Source: a virus. From it: a stretch of DNA of 64,000 bases. Below, one piece after another: positions 53,201-61,714 of the stretch. Below the pieces are notes generated by a model that was given only the letters and a program-made list of their open reading frames with translations, made no database searches and was not told the DNA's origin. Numbering within the stretch: position 1 is the stretch's first letter; every line of letters starts with the position of its first letter. Location of the stretch: positions 1-64,000 of IMG/VR virus record IMGVR_UViG_3300005529_000006. One strand, 5' to 3'. A program made the position numbers and the translations under genes.

Positions 53201-55310
53201 CCAGCAGATGGGCATTGTTGATCCCACCAACGCGGGAATCCAAAACTATCTCAAGCACCTTTGGGAGCGCCCCAACCGCGCCATCGACAGGAACCTCCTG
53301 TTCGGTAAGCGCCCGATTGCAGGCCCAGGAACCTTTCTCAAAGAACGCTTCTACGACTACATGTCAGACGGTCTCGACGCAGGACTAAAGCCTGTCACCT
53401 ACAACCCCATCAAGATGCAGCTCATGGGGATGTTCGAGATCGACCGCTTCATCCGTGCACATGAGATGAAGGACGACCTTATGGCCTCCCGCACCTCGAC
53501 AGGTGCCAGGTTGATGAAGTGGTATAAGCTCGGGGAGTCAAAGCCTCCGGGCTGGCAGAAGATTGATGACCGCCTATTTCAACCGAAGTTCATGACCAAG
53601 AGCGGCCTCACCGAGGCTGGAGCATACTGGGCGCATCCTGACGTAGCCAAGGTCTTCAATAACTACCTCTCCACCGGATTGCAAAACGAAGCCTGGTATC
53701 GAGGGGCCCGACACTTTGGCAACTTCCTCAACCGGATGCAGCTCTCGACTTCTGCCTTCCACGCCACCTTCGAAGTCCTGAACTCAACGATCTCTGAAGT
53801 GGCTCTGGGTTTCCAGAAAGCATTTAACAACCGCGACTTCGGTGCCGCAGCCAAACATATCTTCCGTTCTCCTGTGGCTGCCGCTCATTACTGGAAGCTC
53901 GGCAAGATGATCGAAGCTGAATACCTGACACCTTCGAACAATCTCCAATTGGCTTCTCTCGCTAAGTCCCTGGAGATCGCAGGCGGCAGGATTGGCCTCG
54001 ACCCGCTCTACACTAACAACGCAGTCGAAGCTTTCCATCGTGCAGTGACCGACCGTTCTCTAAAAGCCCTGCCCCGTGCAGTAGATGCATTGGTGGAGAA
54101 ATCTTCTAACTGGCTCATGAAGAACATGGTCCCCCGAATCAAGATTGGGATGTTTGCGGAGATGGCCGACCATCGCCTCAACGAACTCATGAACGCCGGA
54201 GCCTCCCGCGAAACCATCTCGACTGAACTTGGAAAGCTCTGGGACTCTGTGGACAACCGCGCCGGACAGCTTGTCTATGACAACCTCTTCTGGAGCAAAA
54301 CGCGCAAAGACCTGGGCTTCTTAGTTATGCGTTCTCAAGGTTGGAACCTTGGTACGTTACGAGAACTCGGGGGAGGAATGGTCGATCTCGGCAAGATGTT
54401 CGGAGGGAACACCCGCTTGACCGAACGCACAGCCTACATCATGGCGATGACTGCAACCATGGGATCTCTGGGTGCGATCTACCACTACATGGAAACAGGT
54501 CAAGCACCCCGGAAGCCCGCAGACTATTTCTTCCCTGGCAAAGAGGGCCAGAAGAAATCCTTCCCCTCTTATATCCGTGACGTAGGTGCGCTGCTGCACG
54601 CCTTGAGTAGCCCCAACAAGCTTCAGGGTGTAGGCACGATTGCTGCCCACAAACTCAACCCAGAGTGGCAGCTCCTCTACGACCTCTACACTAACCACGA
54701 CTTCTACGACACACAGATCTATGACCCCGGAGATCCGGCTACCCGTCAAGTCTGGGATGTCGCAAAGTACATCGGGAAGCAGGCAACTCCTATCTCTATC
54801 CAATCTGCCATGGAACGGCACCGTACAGGTGAATCGTGGGGTAGCTCGGTGGGTGGCTCCCTCATGGGTATCACTCCCGCGCCCAAGTACATCGGTCAAT
54901 CCCCTGCGGAAGAGATGGCCTTCGAACTTGCCAAGCGCAAGATGGAATCCGGCCCACACTCCAAAGACGAGTTCGCCCGTGAGCAGGCTTTCCAGGAAGT
55001 ACGCCGCACTCTCGCACAGCACGGCAAGCTCGACTTCAACCGTGTTCGCCAGCTTGTAGCCGATGGCAAGGTCACCGCAGAACAGGTAGACCGTATCTAC
55101 GATGAGCAAGGCATGGGTGCCTTGGAGCGCCACGTCGCCAGATTAGACAACCTCAAAGACATGTTCACTATCTGGGATCTGGCCGACCCCAACGAAAAAG
55201 TCCAACTCCGCTCTCGTATTCTGGATGTTTACGATAACGATATCGGTCGCCTGTCTCAGGACCAGCGTGAGTACTACACTCGCAGAATTCGCAGTGAAGT
55301 GCTACACTAG
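50292..55310 (+). CDS. giant internal virion / ejection-type protein (1672 aa)
   Basis: Last and largest structural gene, Ala/Gln/Lys-rich; carries an in-frame motif copy (PLPKKGF). Confidence 0.6.
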   Translation: MPQNPDIRSVLDPLQVDKSLKKTAWDSYYGANSPDEFRQKFDSLAIPKEAKKQLWDMKFGGKPKVNFPIPQPFETGPQLPEKPEQPGIVSQVLSAASNIPLLSDLGIPSSRGPMPVKGAGVADVTGARGYPEMYQGAKEFYNADQYADKRRAQYQGAARTIGGAMEAAKPLMYLSAAEAPIDFAAGLALSQAGSYGAEHISRNYFKASPEAQQLWGQLGGFLPMAGGMARGSIRGYKELRSNLVSKLADDMLKQGATPEMAQQAAEHAVQMYEATGDAQRIGAENAEPPSATKVAKIQGRKIAGGVVGAAQHAAPLPEEQKATPIPEFQQAPVPTDKIATPTETFAQPETPKTTPAREILSSSPSSESAFMEPPKVEAAQPTDVRSETRHNITTDAVTGEQKVARKELPPAQERAQQYVNDYQNFDKEQQQLERSLKNGRLKNADATRQRVELLKQLKDKAWRNYVQYADRGDVVDTLKGLAPQLKSLADQSSLLQSIGKHLADGSYTLYKATADKSNKTYVPDDLIQSALGTGRTNVVPPVPKDFVDSLPEGSYKEQLKALNPRSQEIRQAWVSKYLLQTSGEVRNQYEALNDRFNVALKVKGVRPEEWLPLTAESKPEPKGLPAYRPETPAPAVNKPSASATERNSIIEYYQKQLAAAKTDKDRQMWQKSIEKEQKKLGKVPPTEVPKTEPPLPKKGFSEQELPDEMRSFLSANATMGMRADGDIGALRQLAQFGDPKVSKRARLYLKALGHEVPKVSKASKVESAPSTSEGTPAEKSLEAAQSAQAAGKPLSPLSRKEVLDVVDKEIAKAGFDKAIVKDIRKLVLDTYAREVAAGNENALEDVKGVIQSFANQKGVFSFRRIPGTPQGPSVFSRLADTLDRTLNKSEQRQLAENVLREGTGSLARDREKVFHRLEDHLDRHDGDNVMEFREFMDAGEGKPGARFLNPQDQAIANDLHQMFQERWAKLQQMGIVDPTNAGIQNYLKHLWERPNRAIDRNLLFGKRPIAGPGTFLKERFYDYMSDGLDAGLKPVTYNPIKMQLMGMFEIDRFIRAHEMKDDLMASRTSTGARLMKWYKLGESKPPGWQKIDDRLFQPKFMTKSGLTEAGAYWAHPDVAKVFNNYLSTGLQNEAWYRGARHFGNFLNRMQLSTSAFHATFEVLNSTISEVALGFQKAFNNRDFGAAAKHIFRSPVAAAHYWKLGKMIEAEYLTPSNNLQLASLAKSLEIAGGRIGLDPLYTNNAVEAFHRAVTDRSLKALPRAVDALVEKSSNWLMKNMVPRIKIGMFAEMADHRLNELMNAGASRETISTELGKLWDSVDNRAGQLVYDNLFWSKTRKDLGFLVMRSQGWNLGTLRELGGGMVDLGKMFGGNTRLTERTAYIMAMTATMGSLGAIYHYMETGQAPRKPADYFFPGKEGQKKSFPSYIRDVGALLHALSSPNKLQGVGTIAAHKLNPEWQLLYDLYTNHDFYDTQIYDPGDPATRQVWDVAKYIGKQATPISIQSAMERHRTGESWGSSVGGSLMGITPAPKYIGQSPAEEMAFELAKRKMESGPHSKDEFAREQAFQEVRRTLAQHGKLDFNRVRQLVADGKVTAEQVDRIYDEQGMGALERHVARLDNLKDMFTIWDLADPNEKVQLRSRILDVYDNDIGRLSQDQREYYTRRIRSEVLH
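52373..52391 (-). repeat. 19-bp motif copy G inside the 1672-aa gene (CCTACCTAAAAAGGGGTTC, in frame as PLPKKGF)
   Basis: Exact copy. Confidence 0.8.
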
Positions 55311-55358
55311 AAATAAGATCTGGTGTTTTCAGATCTAATAAGACGAATAACGCAAAGA

Positions 55359-55381
55359 GGGGTTCTCCGGAACCCCTTTTT
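55359..55381 (+). terminator. rho-independent terminator (GGGGTTC-tccg-GAACCCC + TTTTT)
   Basis: Its downstream arm and T-tract are the first 12 nt of motif copy H. Confidence 0.65.
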
Positions 55382-55388
55382 AGGTAGG
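55370..55388 (+). repeat. 19-bp motif copy H (GAACCCCTTTTTAGGTAGG; ATG of integrase 1 nt after)
   Basis: Exact copy. Confidence 0.8.
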
Positions 55389-55389
55389 T

Positions 55390-56259
55390 ATGAATCTTCG
55401 ATTTTGGGCAGGCAAATATGAAGCCTCCCTCGCCACGACAGTACGCAGAGACACCCGCGAACGCTACGGCATAGCCCTCAACCACATCCTGGAATACCTT
55501 GGCCCCCTCCATCCCAAGGATGTCTTCAAGATCGACGCCAAGAACTACATGGCCCACCGGCTCTCTAAGGGCCTAGCTCCCAACACGGTTCGCCAGGAGA
55601 TCTTGGTAGGCTGTGCTTTCTACAACTGGCTCATCGAAAACGAAGTCGTAGAGTACGGCCACAATCCGTTCTCCCGTGTCAAGAAGCCTCGCGCCCCTGA
55701 ACCACTACGTCGGGCACTCTCTAAAGACACTCTCGCCAAACTGTGGGCTGCTGCGGAGAAGAAAAGTGATCTGGTGATGTTGTCTGTGGCATTGCTTACT
55801 CCCCTTAACGCCAAGACAATTGCCATGCTGCAAAAGAGCAACTTCGATTTCGAGCGCAAGCAACTGGTGTGCGAGAGGAGCAAGACAGGTGTGGCCCTGA
55901 TTCTTCCTGTGGCCGATGAACTCCTGGAGCTGGTAGCTTCTCTCCCCGAGGGTCCCCTCTTCCCCAAGGTAATCCTTGACCGCAGGCCCGGCTCTGTGCT
56001 CTCCCGCCGCTTTGCGGTCCTAGCAAAAAAAGCCCTGGGGTTTAACCCAGGGCTACATGCGCTGCGCCATACCTTTGCAACCGACGCACTTCAAAGCGGA
56101 GTTGACATCCGGACCGTTCAAGCACTACTCGGCCATAAGTCAATAATGACGACCGCTCGTTATCTTGCGCCAGCGGACACTGAATCGGTCAGAGGGTTCT
56201 TGGAGACTAGGTTGCTGAAGCTTCAATCACCTTTGTCTCCGCCTCCTGAATCCCCGTAG
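55390..56259 (+). CDS. tyrosine recombinase, Xer-like (289 aa)
   Basis: C-terminal catalytic HALRHTFATDAL...LLGHKSIMTTARYLA (R-H-R-Y). Confidence 0.75.
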   Translation: MNLRFWAGKYEASLATTVRRDTRERYGIALNHILEYLGPLHPKDVFKIDAKNYMAHRLSKGLAPNTVRQEILVGCAFYNWLIENEVVEYGHNPFSRVKKPRAPEPLRRALSKDTLAKLWAAAEKKSDLVMLSVALLTPLNAKTIAMLQKSNFDFERKQLVCERSKTGVALILPVADELLELVASLPEGPLFPKVILDRRPGSVLSRRFAVLAKKALGFNPGLHALRHTFATDALQSGVDIRTVQALLGHKSIMTTARYLAPADTESVRGFLETRLLKLQSPLSPPPESP

Positions 56260-56339
56260 CTTCTTCGATCTGTTCTGCACAAAACCTTAACGACTGTATT
56301 TGTGCAACCAGTTCCATTCGCTTCAGGGGATCTTGTTCT

Positions 56340-56618
56340 CTAGCCAATACCGCATCCAGCTCGTTCGCCCGACGACGCCAATCGTTCCGTAGTCTTAGAG
56401 CGTCGAAAAAGCTTAGAGTCATACGTACTGATAGTAGCACGCTTAGGAGGCCCTAACCAAGCGCCATAATATGCCAACAGATCAAGGGCACCTGATAGGG
56501 TCGCACAGCCAGCACCGAAGCGTAACCATCCCCTAGACGCTACGGTGAATATCGCTGCTCCTAGAGTGAACAGCACACACGACAACAGGGAACATAGGAG
56601 AAGCTCTCTTCCCCTCAT
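56340..56618 (-). CDS. small membrane protein (start at internal Met)
   Basis: LLLCSLLSCVLFTLGAAIFTVA; lies between the two recombinase genes. Confidence 0.35.
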   Translation of the reverse strand: MRGRELLLCSLLSCVLFTLGAAIFTVASRGWLRFGAGCATLSGALDLLAYYGAWLGPPKRATISTYDSKLFRRSKTTERLASSGERAGCGIG

Positions 56619-56734
56619 TTCGGTCCTTTTGTTACCTTTGTTTTGTTTAAGCAGTCCGGGAGGGACTGTACAGTAGATACTGTACTTATTGCGCAGAAGC
56701 AAGTAAAATTATTGTACGTTACGAATTCAGAACA

Positions 56735-56755
56735 AGCCCCGAAAGGGGCTTTTTA
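56735..56755 (+). terminator. rho-independent terminator (AGCCCC-gaaa-GGGGCT + TTTTT)
   Basis: Read directly. Confidence 0.6.
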
Positions 56756-56758
56756 TTT

Positions 56759-56798
56759 GGGCACAACTGGGCACAAAACCTGGACTATTTTGTGCCCT
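56759..56798. promoter_or_regulatory. operator-like site: GGGCACAA direct pair, then a 10-10-10 palindrome GGGCACAAAA-N10-TTTTGTGCCC
   Basis: Read directly; same core as the 5095-5350 cluster. Confidence 0.55.
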
Positions 56799-56889
56799 TT
56801 TTCTTTGTGGCAGAACGCTAACCCACATGGAATCAACAGGGCTTATGTTATATATTTGGGTACCGCGCCCTGCCACAGGGACATTCAAA

Positions 56890-58086
56890 CTATACACCTG
56901 CAACAACTTCTGCCTCAACCGTGGGCACAAGTGGGCACAAAATCGTGCCCATCTGATCCGCTACTTCCCGGTCTTTCTCCCGAATAGCGTGCGCATAAAC
57001 CCGAAGCGTGAGGCTTGGATCGGCGTGGCCGAGCCTGGTTGCCGCCGTTCGGATATCGACTCCTCGGGAAACAAGGAGAGTTGCGTTGGCGTGCCGGAAG
57101 GCATGAAGGCCCCCTGGCTCAATCCCGAGTCGTTCGAGGAGGGGTTGGAGCTTTTGGAATACGATGTCATGGCCATCAAGAGGGGTGCCGTTGCGGGTGC
57201 TAAACACGAATCGCAAAGGGTCTCCCCCTCCAGCACAATGACGTTCAAGGGCATCAGCCAGAGCTTTGGATACCGCGAGCGTTCGTAGTGCGCTCGTCGA
57301 TTTCGGGGTCTGTACTCGACCCTTCCATACACTCTGCCGCACTTGCACTGTATGGTGTCGGGTGTCAACATCACACACCCTGAGTCCAGTGATTTCACCT
57401 GCACGTAGTCCTGTTTCAGCAGCCAGCCAATAGATAGTCCTATATGGTTCTTCGGCTGCGGCGATTATTCTTTGGATCTCCTCCAGGGAGAAGCACCGTC
57501 TCTTGGGTGGCTTCTTCCTTGGGAGCACAATGCCATCACAGGCGTTGTGAGTTACAGTTCCCCAAGATTTGGCGGTCTTCCATATGAGTCTGAAGGTGCC
57601 GATGATATTCCTGACGGTCTTGGGATTTAAGGTGAGGCCCGCGATGAATCTTTGAAGATGCACGGGTGCAATATCCCCCATGTCCATCTCCCCAAAATAC
57701 GGAATAAGATACCTGTTTATGTGGTTCTTCTCCATGCTCTGAGTGGACAACTTGTGGGAGGGCATCACGGTGTCTCGCCAGTTGGTGGCAAATTCCCCAA
57801 AAGACACCTTGACCCTCGGACGATAATCCAGGGCATTTACTTCACCCAGGAGTCGGTCGAGGGCCCGTTGAGCTAAACGTTTAGTAGGGAGTTCCTGTAG
57901 AGTCCCCAATACCTTCGACTTGTGAACTCTCACAATCGCAGAAGTTGAGGCGCTTGCCACAGCTCCAGCAGAAGTCGTAGGTTCCCCATACGAAGGCTTG
58001 ACATCCTCCCTCCACCTGGCGACCCACACCTTCTTCTTGTTTCCCCTGAGAAACAACCTTCCTTTCTGATACCTTCTCCGAGCCAT
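56890..58086 (-). CDS. int: tyrosine integrase (phage type, about 398 aa from the MARRRYQKG start)
   Basis: N-terminal arm/SAM-like region, catalytic C-terminus ...LHAFRHANATLL...GHADPSLTLRVYAH. ORF as listed begins at 58143. Confidence 0.75.
   Translation of the reverse strand: MARRRYQKGRLFLRGNKKKVWVARWREDVKPSYGEPTTSAGAVASASTSAIVRVHKSKVLGTLQELPTKRLAQRALDRLLGEVNALDYRPRVKVSFGEFATNWRDTVMPSHKLSTQSMEKNHINRYLIPYFGEMDMGDIAPVHLQRFIAGLTLNPKTVRNIIGTFRLIWKTAKSWGTVTHNACDGIVLPRKKPPKRRCFSLEEIQRIIAAAEEPYRTIYWLAAETGLRAGEITGLRVCDVDTRHHTVQVRQSVWKGRVQTPKSTSALRTLAVSKALADALERHCAGGGDPLRFVFSTRNGTPLDGHDIVFQKLQPLLERLGIEPGGLHAFRHANATLLVSRGVDIRTAATRLGHADPSLTLRVYAHAIREKDREVADQMGTILCPLVPTVEAEVVAGV
56921..56950. repeat. 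GTGGGCACAA x2 plus an inverted GTGCCC half-site, overlapping the last codons of the integrase
   Basis: Read directly; candidate arm-type/attP-associated sites. Confidence 0.5.
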
Positions 58087-58468
58087 TTTCTCCTGGCCCG
58101 TTGATTCCGGTACCATCATACAAGACACCTGTTGCTCTGTCATCTAGCTCCGGATGTGATACGCTATACTCCAATAGACTAAGGAGGCCCCAACACGCAT
58201 GAGAAAGATGTGGCAATCCAGACTCTTCATCCAGTTCTTCTCCGGACCACCACTTCCAGAGGTGCCGCATGACTGCCGCGAATATGCGACTCCATTTCAA
58301 ACCCTTGCGCCAGTTATTGTCCTCATACTTCCCTGCGCCGAACGTGTACACTCGGCCTAGTTCCCACAACGGATAGGCTGGTATGAGGTCCAGCCTATTC
58401 TTCCCTCCATCGTCCTTCGCGCCTTCCTTAAGCTTACTTGTTTGCTGCAATTTCTCTTGCGAACTCAT
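57881..58468 (-). CDS. dATP/dGTP diphosphohydrolase-domain protein
   Basis: DDGGKNRLDLIP...FGAGKYEDNNWRKGLKWSRIFAAVMRHLWKWWSGEELDEESGLPHLSHA, the hallmark of the phage dGTP-diphosphohydrolase N-domain (recollection). Start trimmed to Met-42; about 200 nt overlap with the integrase start is unresolved. Confidence 0.6.
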   Translation of the reverse strand: MSSQEKLQQTSKLKEGAKDDGGKNRLDLIPAYPLWELGRVYTFGAGKYEDNNWRKGLKWSRIFAAVMRHLWKWWSGEELDEESGLPHLSHACWGLLSLLEYSVSHPELDDRATGVLYDGTGINGPGENGSEKVSERKVVSQGKQEEGVGRQVEGGCQAFVWGTYDFCWSCGKRLNFCDCESSQVEGIGDSTGTPY

Positions 58469-59021
58469 CAAAACTCTTAACCCTTTTAATGTCCTTGTGG
58501 GTGTAGCCCTGATTGTGTGAATGATTCCGAAGAAAGACTCGGCAAGCAGGGTTGTATCTCTTGACTGCCTCGCAATTGTGGGGACGGTCATCGAGAAAGT
58601 AATCCAGTTCCAACGCCAAACCTAAAGGCCCCTTGTTGGGCGTGACCAAGACAGTCGGATTAGGAAGCCCGAACTTTTCCTGTAACCACTTGAAGGTTTG
58701 CAGCTCTACAGGTTCCCCTTTGGTGGGGAACCGGGATGTAATGAAGTAGGTTCGATTGAGCTGAATGAACCACTTGTCCAGCAGAGTCACACCACCCTCT
58801 TTGTTGAGGGTCGTGTGGAAGTTATTGATATTCCGGATGCGCCTCCAGACAGCAGCGATCTCTGCCTCGCTGAGTCCGTAGTTGCTCCAGTTCCAATCGA
58901 CAGGCATGGTGCCTTCGACCGGGAGGCCAAAGAGATCCCGCGCCTCTCTGGTAAATGTGGAGATGAAATCTGCTAGGACATCATCCACATCCACCCCGAC
59001 GCGGGGGCGAGTGTCAGTCAT
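58434..59021 (-). CDS. 5'(3')-deoxyribonucleotidase (NT5C, HAD superfamily)
   Basis: N-terminal VGVDVDDVLADF HAD motif I; 195 aa. Confidence 0.7.
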   Translation of the reverse strand: MTDTRPRVGVDVDDVLADFISTFTREARDLFGLPVEGTMPVDWNWSNYGLSEAEIAAVWRRIRNINNFHTTLNKEGGVTLLDKWFIQLNRTYFITSRFPTKGEPVELQTFKWLQEKFGLPNPTVLVTPNKGPLGLALELDYFLDDRPHNCEAVKRYNPACRVFLRNHSHNQGYTHKDIKRVKSFDEFAREIAANK

Positions 59022-59211
59022 ATATTCCTAGTCGGAATAGACAGTAATCCACCACTGCCCAGTACACAAAAGAAGGAACAACCCCTCCTTCGGATACTGC
59101 AATGACCCAATAGATTGCCGCTACTACACCTATGAGTACATAGACGATTTTTTCAAGTAAATTCATGGGGCGGCTTTCGTTTCCCTTCCCCACTTCCCAC
59201 AATCCAGACAA
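59014..59211 (-). CDS. small membrane protein
   Basis: IVYVLIGVVAAIYWVIAV. Confidence 0.4.
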   Translation of the reverse strand: MSGLWEVGKGNESRPMNLLEKIVYVLIGVVAAIYWVIAVSEGGVVPSFVYWAVVDYCLFRLGIYD

Positions 59212-59873
59212 TGGAACCTGCGGTAGCGGTTATGCAACGTCACCACATGCCCTCGATACTCCACTCCCCCTCCACAAGTGGAGCACTTGGCCCGGTCTTT
59301 AACTACCCTGGGATGAGCTGTGTCATAAGGCTGGAGCCTCAGATAAACTTGCTCCAACGTCTGCACGTCTTGGGCACAATACTTCGCCATGTCATGAATG
59401 GCTTCCTTGTCTCCCGCCAGAGCCCTCAGCCACCAGCCCGGCCACTCACTGGGACAATCCTTGTGGTACTTCTTTTCATGGCACCCGAGAATGTCCGCAA
59501 GATGAACCAACCTGTTGCTGGAGAACTTGAAGGTCTTGTAGGCGATATACCAGGTATCGCGCTGCTTGGCTGGCGGAGGAGGCGTCAGTCCGTTGATAAG
59601 GCAACGACCAGCCAGGAATGGCTTGTCAAATCTGTCGCCATAATGCGCAACCAGAACGTCTGCCTCCTCCATAATTTGGAGGGCTGCTTCAAGCAGCCCT
59701 TTGTCACTAATCCCTTTCTTGGGATTGAACCAATCGGGAAATTCATCCACTGTGAGGACGTGGGCTTTCTTTTCCCCGAGCCACTTGTAACCGAAGCACA
59801 CAATAGTGCTCAGGTCTGCATTGAGAGAATTGACACCTGCGGTTTCCAGGTCCCAAATGAGTATTTTCTGCAT
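59163..59873 (-). CDS. stand-alone DEDDy 3'-5' exonuclease (PolB-exo/RNase H-like) with C-terminal zinc finger
   Basis: Exo I ILIWDLETAG, Exo II HYGDRFDKPFL, Exo III YCAQDVQTLEQVY; CSTCGG...CLDCG. Confidence 0.65.
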   Translation of the reverse strand: MQKILIWDLETAGVNSLNADLSTIVCFGYKWLGEKKAHVLTVDEFPDWFNPKKGISDKGLLEAALQIMEEADVLVAHYGDRFDKPFLAGRCLINGLTPPPPAKQRDTWYIAYKTFKFSSNRLVHLADILGCHEKKYHKDCPSEWPGWWLRALAGDKEAIHDMAKYCAQDVQTLEQVYLRLQPYDTAHPRVVKDRAKCSTCGGGVEYRGHVVTLHNRYRRFHCLDCGKWGRETKAAP

Positions 59874-59961
59874 TAACGAGGTCTAAAGTGGACAATCAAA
59901 TACAGCCCAAGGAGCTGTATGCACACCGATACCACTGCACAGATTGTCCGGATTCTTTCCA

Positions 59962-60219
59962 CTACTGAGTCAGTTCCACTTTTCCCGAGAACATGGTGTT
60001 CATTGCCTCCTCTGCCATTTGAAAGAGCAGGTGAACCGTGTCGGGTGCGTCGAAGGGGCCTGAGGCTAAGACGCTGGCTTGATAGGCTTTGTTGTCACCT
60101 TTGAGGGTGACGGTATAGGTAATCTCGTATGACCCGCCCTTGCCAGACTTCACATCCACAATCAGGCGGTCAGCATCGAACGCGGTGACACTACTTGCTT
60201 GTACGTTTGTATTTTCCAT
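59962..60219 (-). CDS. hypothetical protein (85 aa)
   Basis: ORF. Confidence 0.4.
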   Translation of the reverse strand: MENTNVQASSVTAFDADRLIVDVKSGKGGSYEITYTVTLKGDNKAYQASVLASGPFDAPDTVHLLFQMAEEAMNTMFSGKVELTQ

Positions 60220-61405
60220 CTATAACTGCTACGTCCTTTGACTGCAATAAACTGAACAACAACTTGTCCGTATCTTGACTGGAGCAGTAGTTCCTCATCG
60301 CCCGCTTGATTGCGGTATCTGAGAGCATGTCGTCCCCAATCACTTCCAACACCTTGGCTAACATCTTCCCCTGTGGGCTCATCGGCACCACAACCTCCCC
60401 GAGTTTCTTTTGAGAGTACTCATAGAGCGCGATTGCGTTCTTCACATCCTCAGCCGTGATGTGATAACGATTACAGGAGAGGGCGAGCAGGAGCGACAGA
60501 CGGAGGACATGTGCCCCCGCTCGCGCAGCGAAGGGAGATAGCACCCCCAGATCGGGCATGAACATCTGATACCAAAGCCCGTAGGTGTCACTCGCTTCGT
60601 AGTCTAGGAAGTCCACTCTCCCTGCCGAAACATCGGTCAGGCCCTTAAAGGCGTCCATCAAGTCCGCTCGCTCCCGGAGGAGTTGCGCCCTCTGGGTCTT
60701 ACTCATCACCCTGGAGGGGTCAGGAACTCTTTGGCGCTTGTGATCTTCCTTCACAATAAAGAATCGTGGCAGGAATCCGCCTGCGGCAGCGGTGGACGGC
60801 AACTGATCTTGGAGCCACTCTTTGGTACTGCCGCCTATGATGGTCACGGAAGGTTCTTCTACAGTCTGGATACTTCCGGCCTTGGTGCGGATACTGGTAG
60901 GAGCGTAATCAAGAAGGTCAGTAATATAAGGGATCATCCCTTCCTGATAACGCTCCTTGGAGAAGAAGTTGGCCAACTCAGAAGCCACCACAATGGCATG
61001 TCCCCCACATGCAATCAGATCTTCGTGGAGCTTCTCTTTGGTTGCCTTCCCTGAAATAACTTCGGGCTTGCGGTGGGAGGGAAGTTCACCGATAAGCTGC
61101 AACCCAATGTCCCGGATTGCGGTGGACTTCCCAATCCCACTAGGCCCAATCAGCAGCAAGTTCATCATCGGAAATACACGATGCACGTCCTGGTCGAAGT
61201 AGCACTTCCTGCCAATGGCTGCTCCGAACATGGACATTGCGCTGAATAGCAAGTAGCTGGTGGGGGGTTCCGCCAGGGGATAGCAAGCTAGATACTTTCT
61301 AAACCAGCTATCTTTTGGCAGATTTTTTAGCACTGAGTCTTTGCTGTTGGGCTCGACATACCTCATCGAGCCACTTGCCCCACCCGATTTCTCTGATACG
61401 ATCAC
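60191..61405 (-). CDS. P-loop NTPase, putative SF3/D5-like replicative helicase
   Basis: Walker A LLLIGPSGIGKST and Walker B-like HAIVVASE; in the replication module. Family assignment is tentative. Confidence 0.45.
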   Translation of the reverse strand: MIVSEKSGGASGSMRYVEPNSKDSVLKNLPKDSWFRKYLACYPLAEPPTSYLLFSAMSMFGAAIGRKCYFDQDVHRVFPMMNLLLIGPSGIGKSTAIRDIGLQLIGELPSHRKPEVISGKATKEKLHEDLIACGGHAIVVASELANFFSKERYQEGMIPYITDLLDYAPTSIRTKAGSIQTVEEPSVTIIGGSTKEWLQDQLPSTAAAGGFLPRFFIVKEDHKRQRVPDPSRVMSKTQRAQLLRERADLMDAFKGLTDVSAGRVDFLDYEASDTYGLWYQMFMPDLGVLSPFAARAGAHVLRLSLLLALSCNRYHITAEDVKNAIALYEYSQKKLGEVVVPMSPQGKMLAKVLEVIGDDMLSDTAIKRAMRNYCSSQDTDKLLFSLLQSKDVAVIDGKYKRTSK

Positions 61406-61413
61406 GGTCAGAC

Positions 61414-61674
61414 TTATTCAATCCCAGGAGTTGCAGCTCGTCTGGATACTTTGTCAAGCAGGTCCTCCGCCTCTTTGAAGTTCCGGAGCCTTTTGGCTTC
61501 CGGCGTTTCGAGTTCTTCGACATAAAAATCATCCAGTACATGCTGGATTCCACTCTTGCCCATGACCGGACGACGCACACGGGCCATCAGCCGGGTGTCA
61601 ACGTTCATAATCTCCAAGATGAACACGGGTTCATCGGTGGTCTTAACATGTGCGACTTCGTTCACTTTAATCAT
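61414..61674 (-). CDS. hypothetical protein (86 aa; start at internal Met of ORF 61414..61896)
   Basis: Preceded by motif copy I and a 7-codon mini-ORF. Confidence 0.4.
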   Translation of the reverse strand: MIKVNEVAHVKTTDEPVFILEIMNVDTRLMARVRRPVMGKSGIQHVLDDFYVEELETPEAKRLRNFKEAEDLLDKVSRRAATPGIE

Positions 61675-61714
61675 CGAGATATTAGATGGATCACGCTGCG
61701 ACTTTATTTCCCAT

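Noticed and set aside
50292-55310. Lytic transglycosylase or tape-measure identity for the 1672-aa protein
   Set aside because: No SLT motif (ES...GLMQ) or extended heptad coiled-coil was seen on inspection; called only a generic internal virion protein.
61308-61580. 90-aa basic minus-strand ORF overlapping both the helicase-like gene and 61414..61674
   Set aside because: Conflicts with two better-supported neighbours in other frames; possibly a short basic protein from an internal Met, but not reported as a feature.
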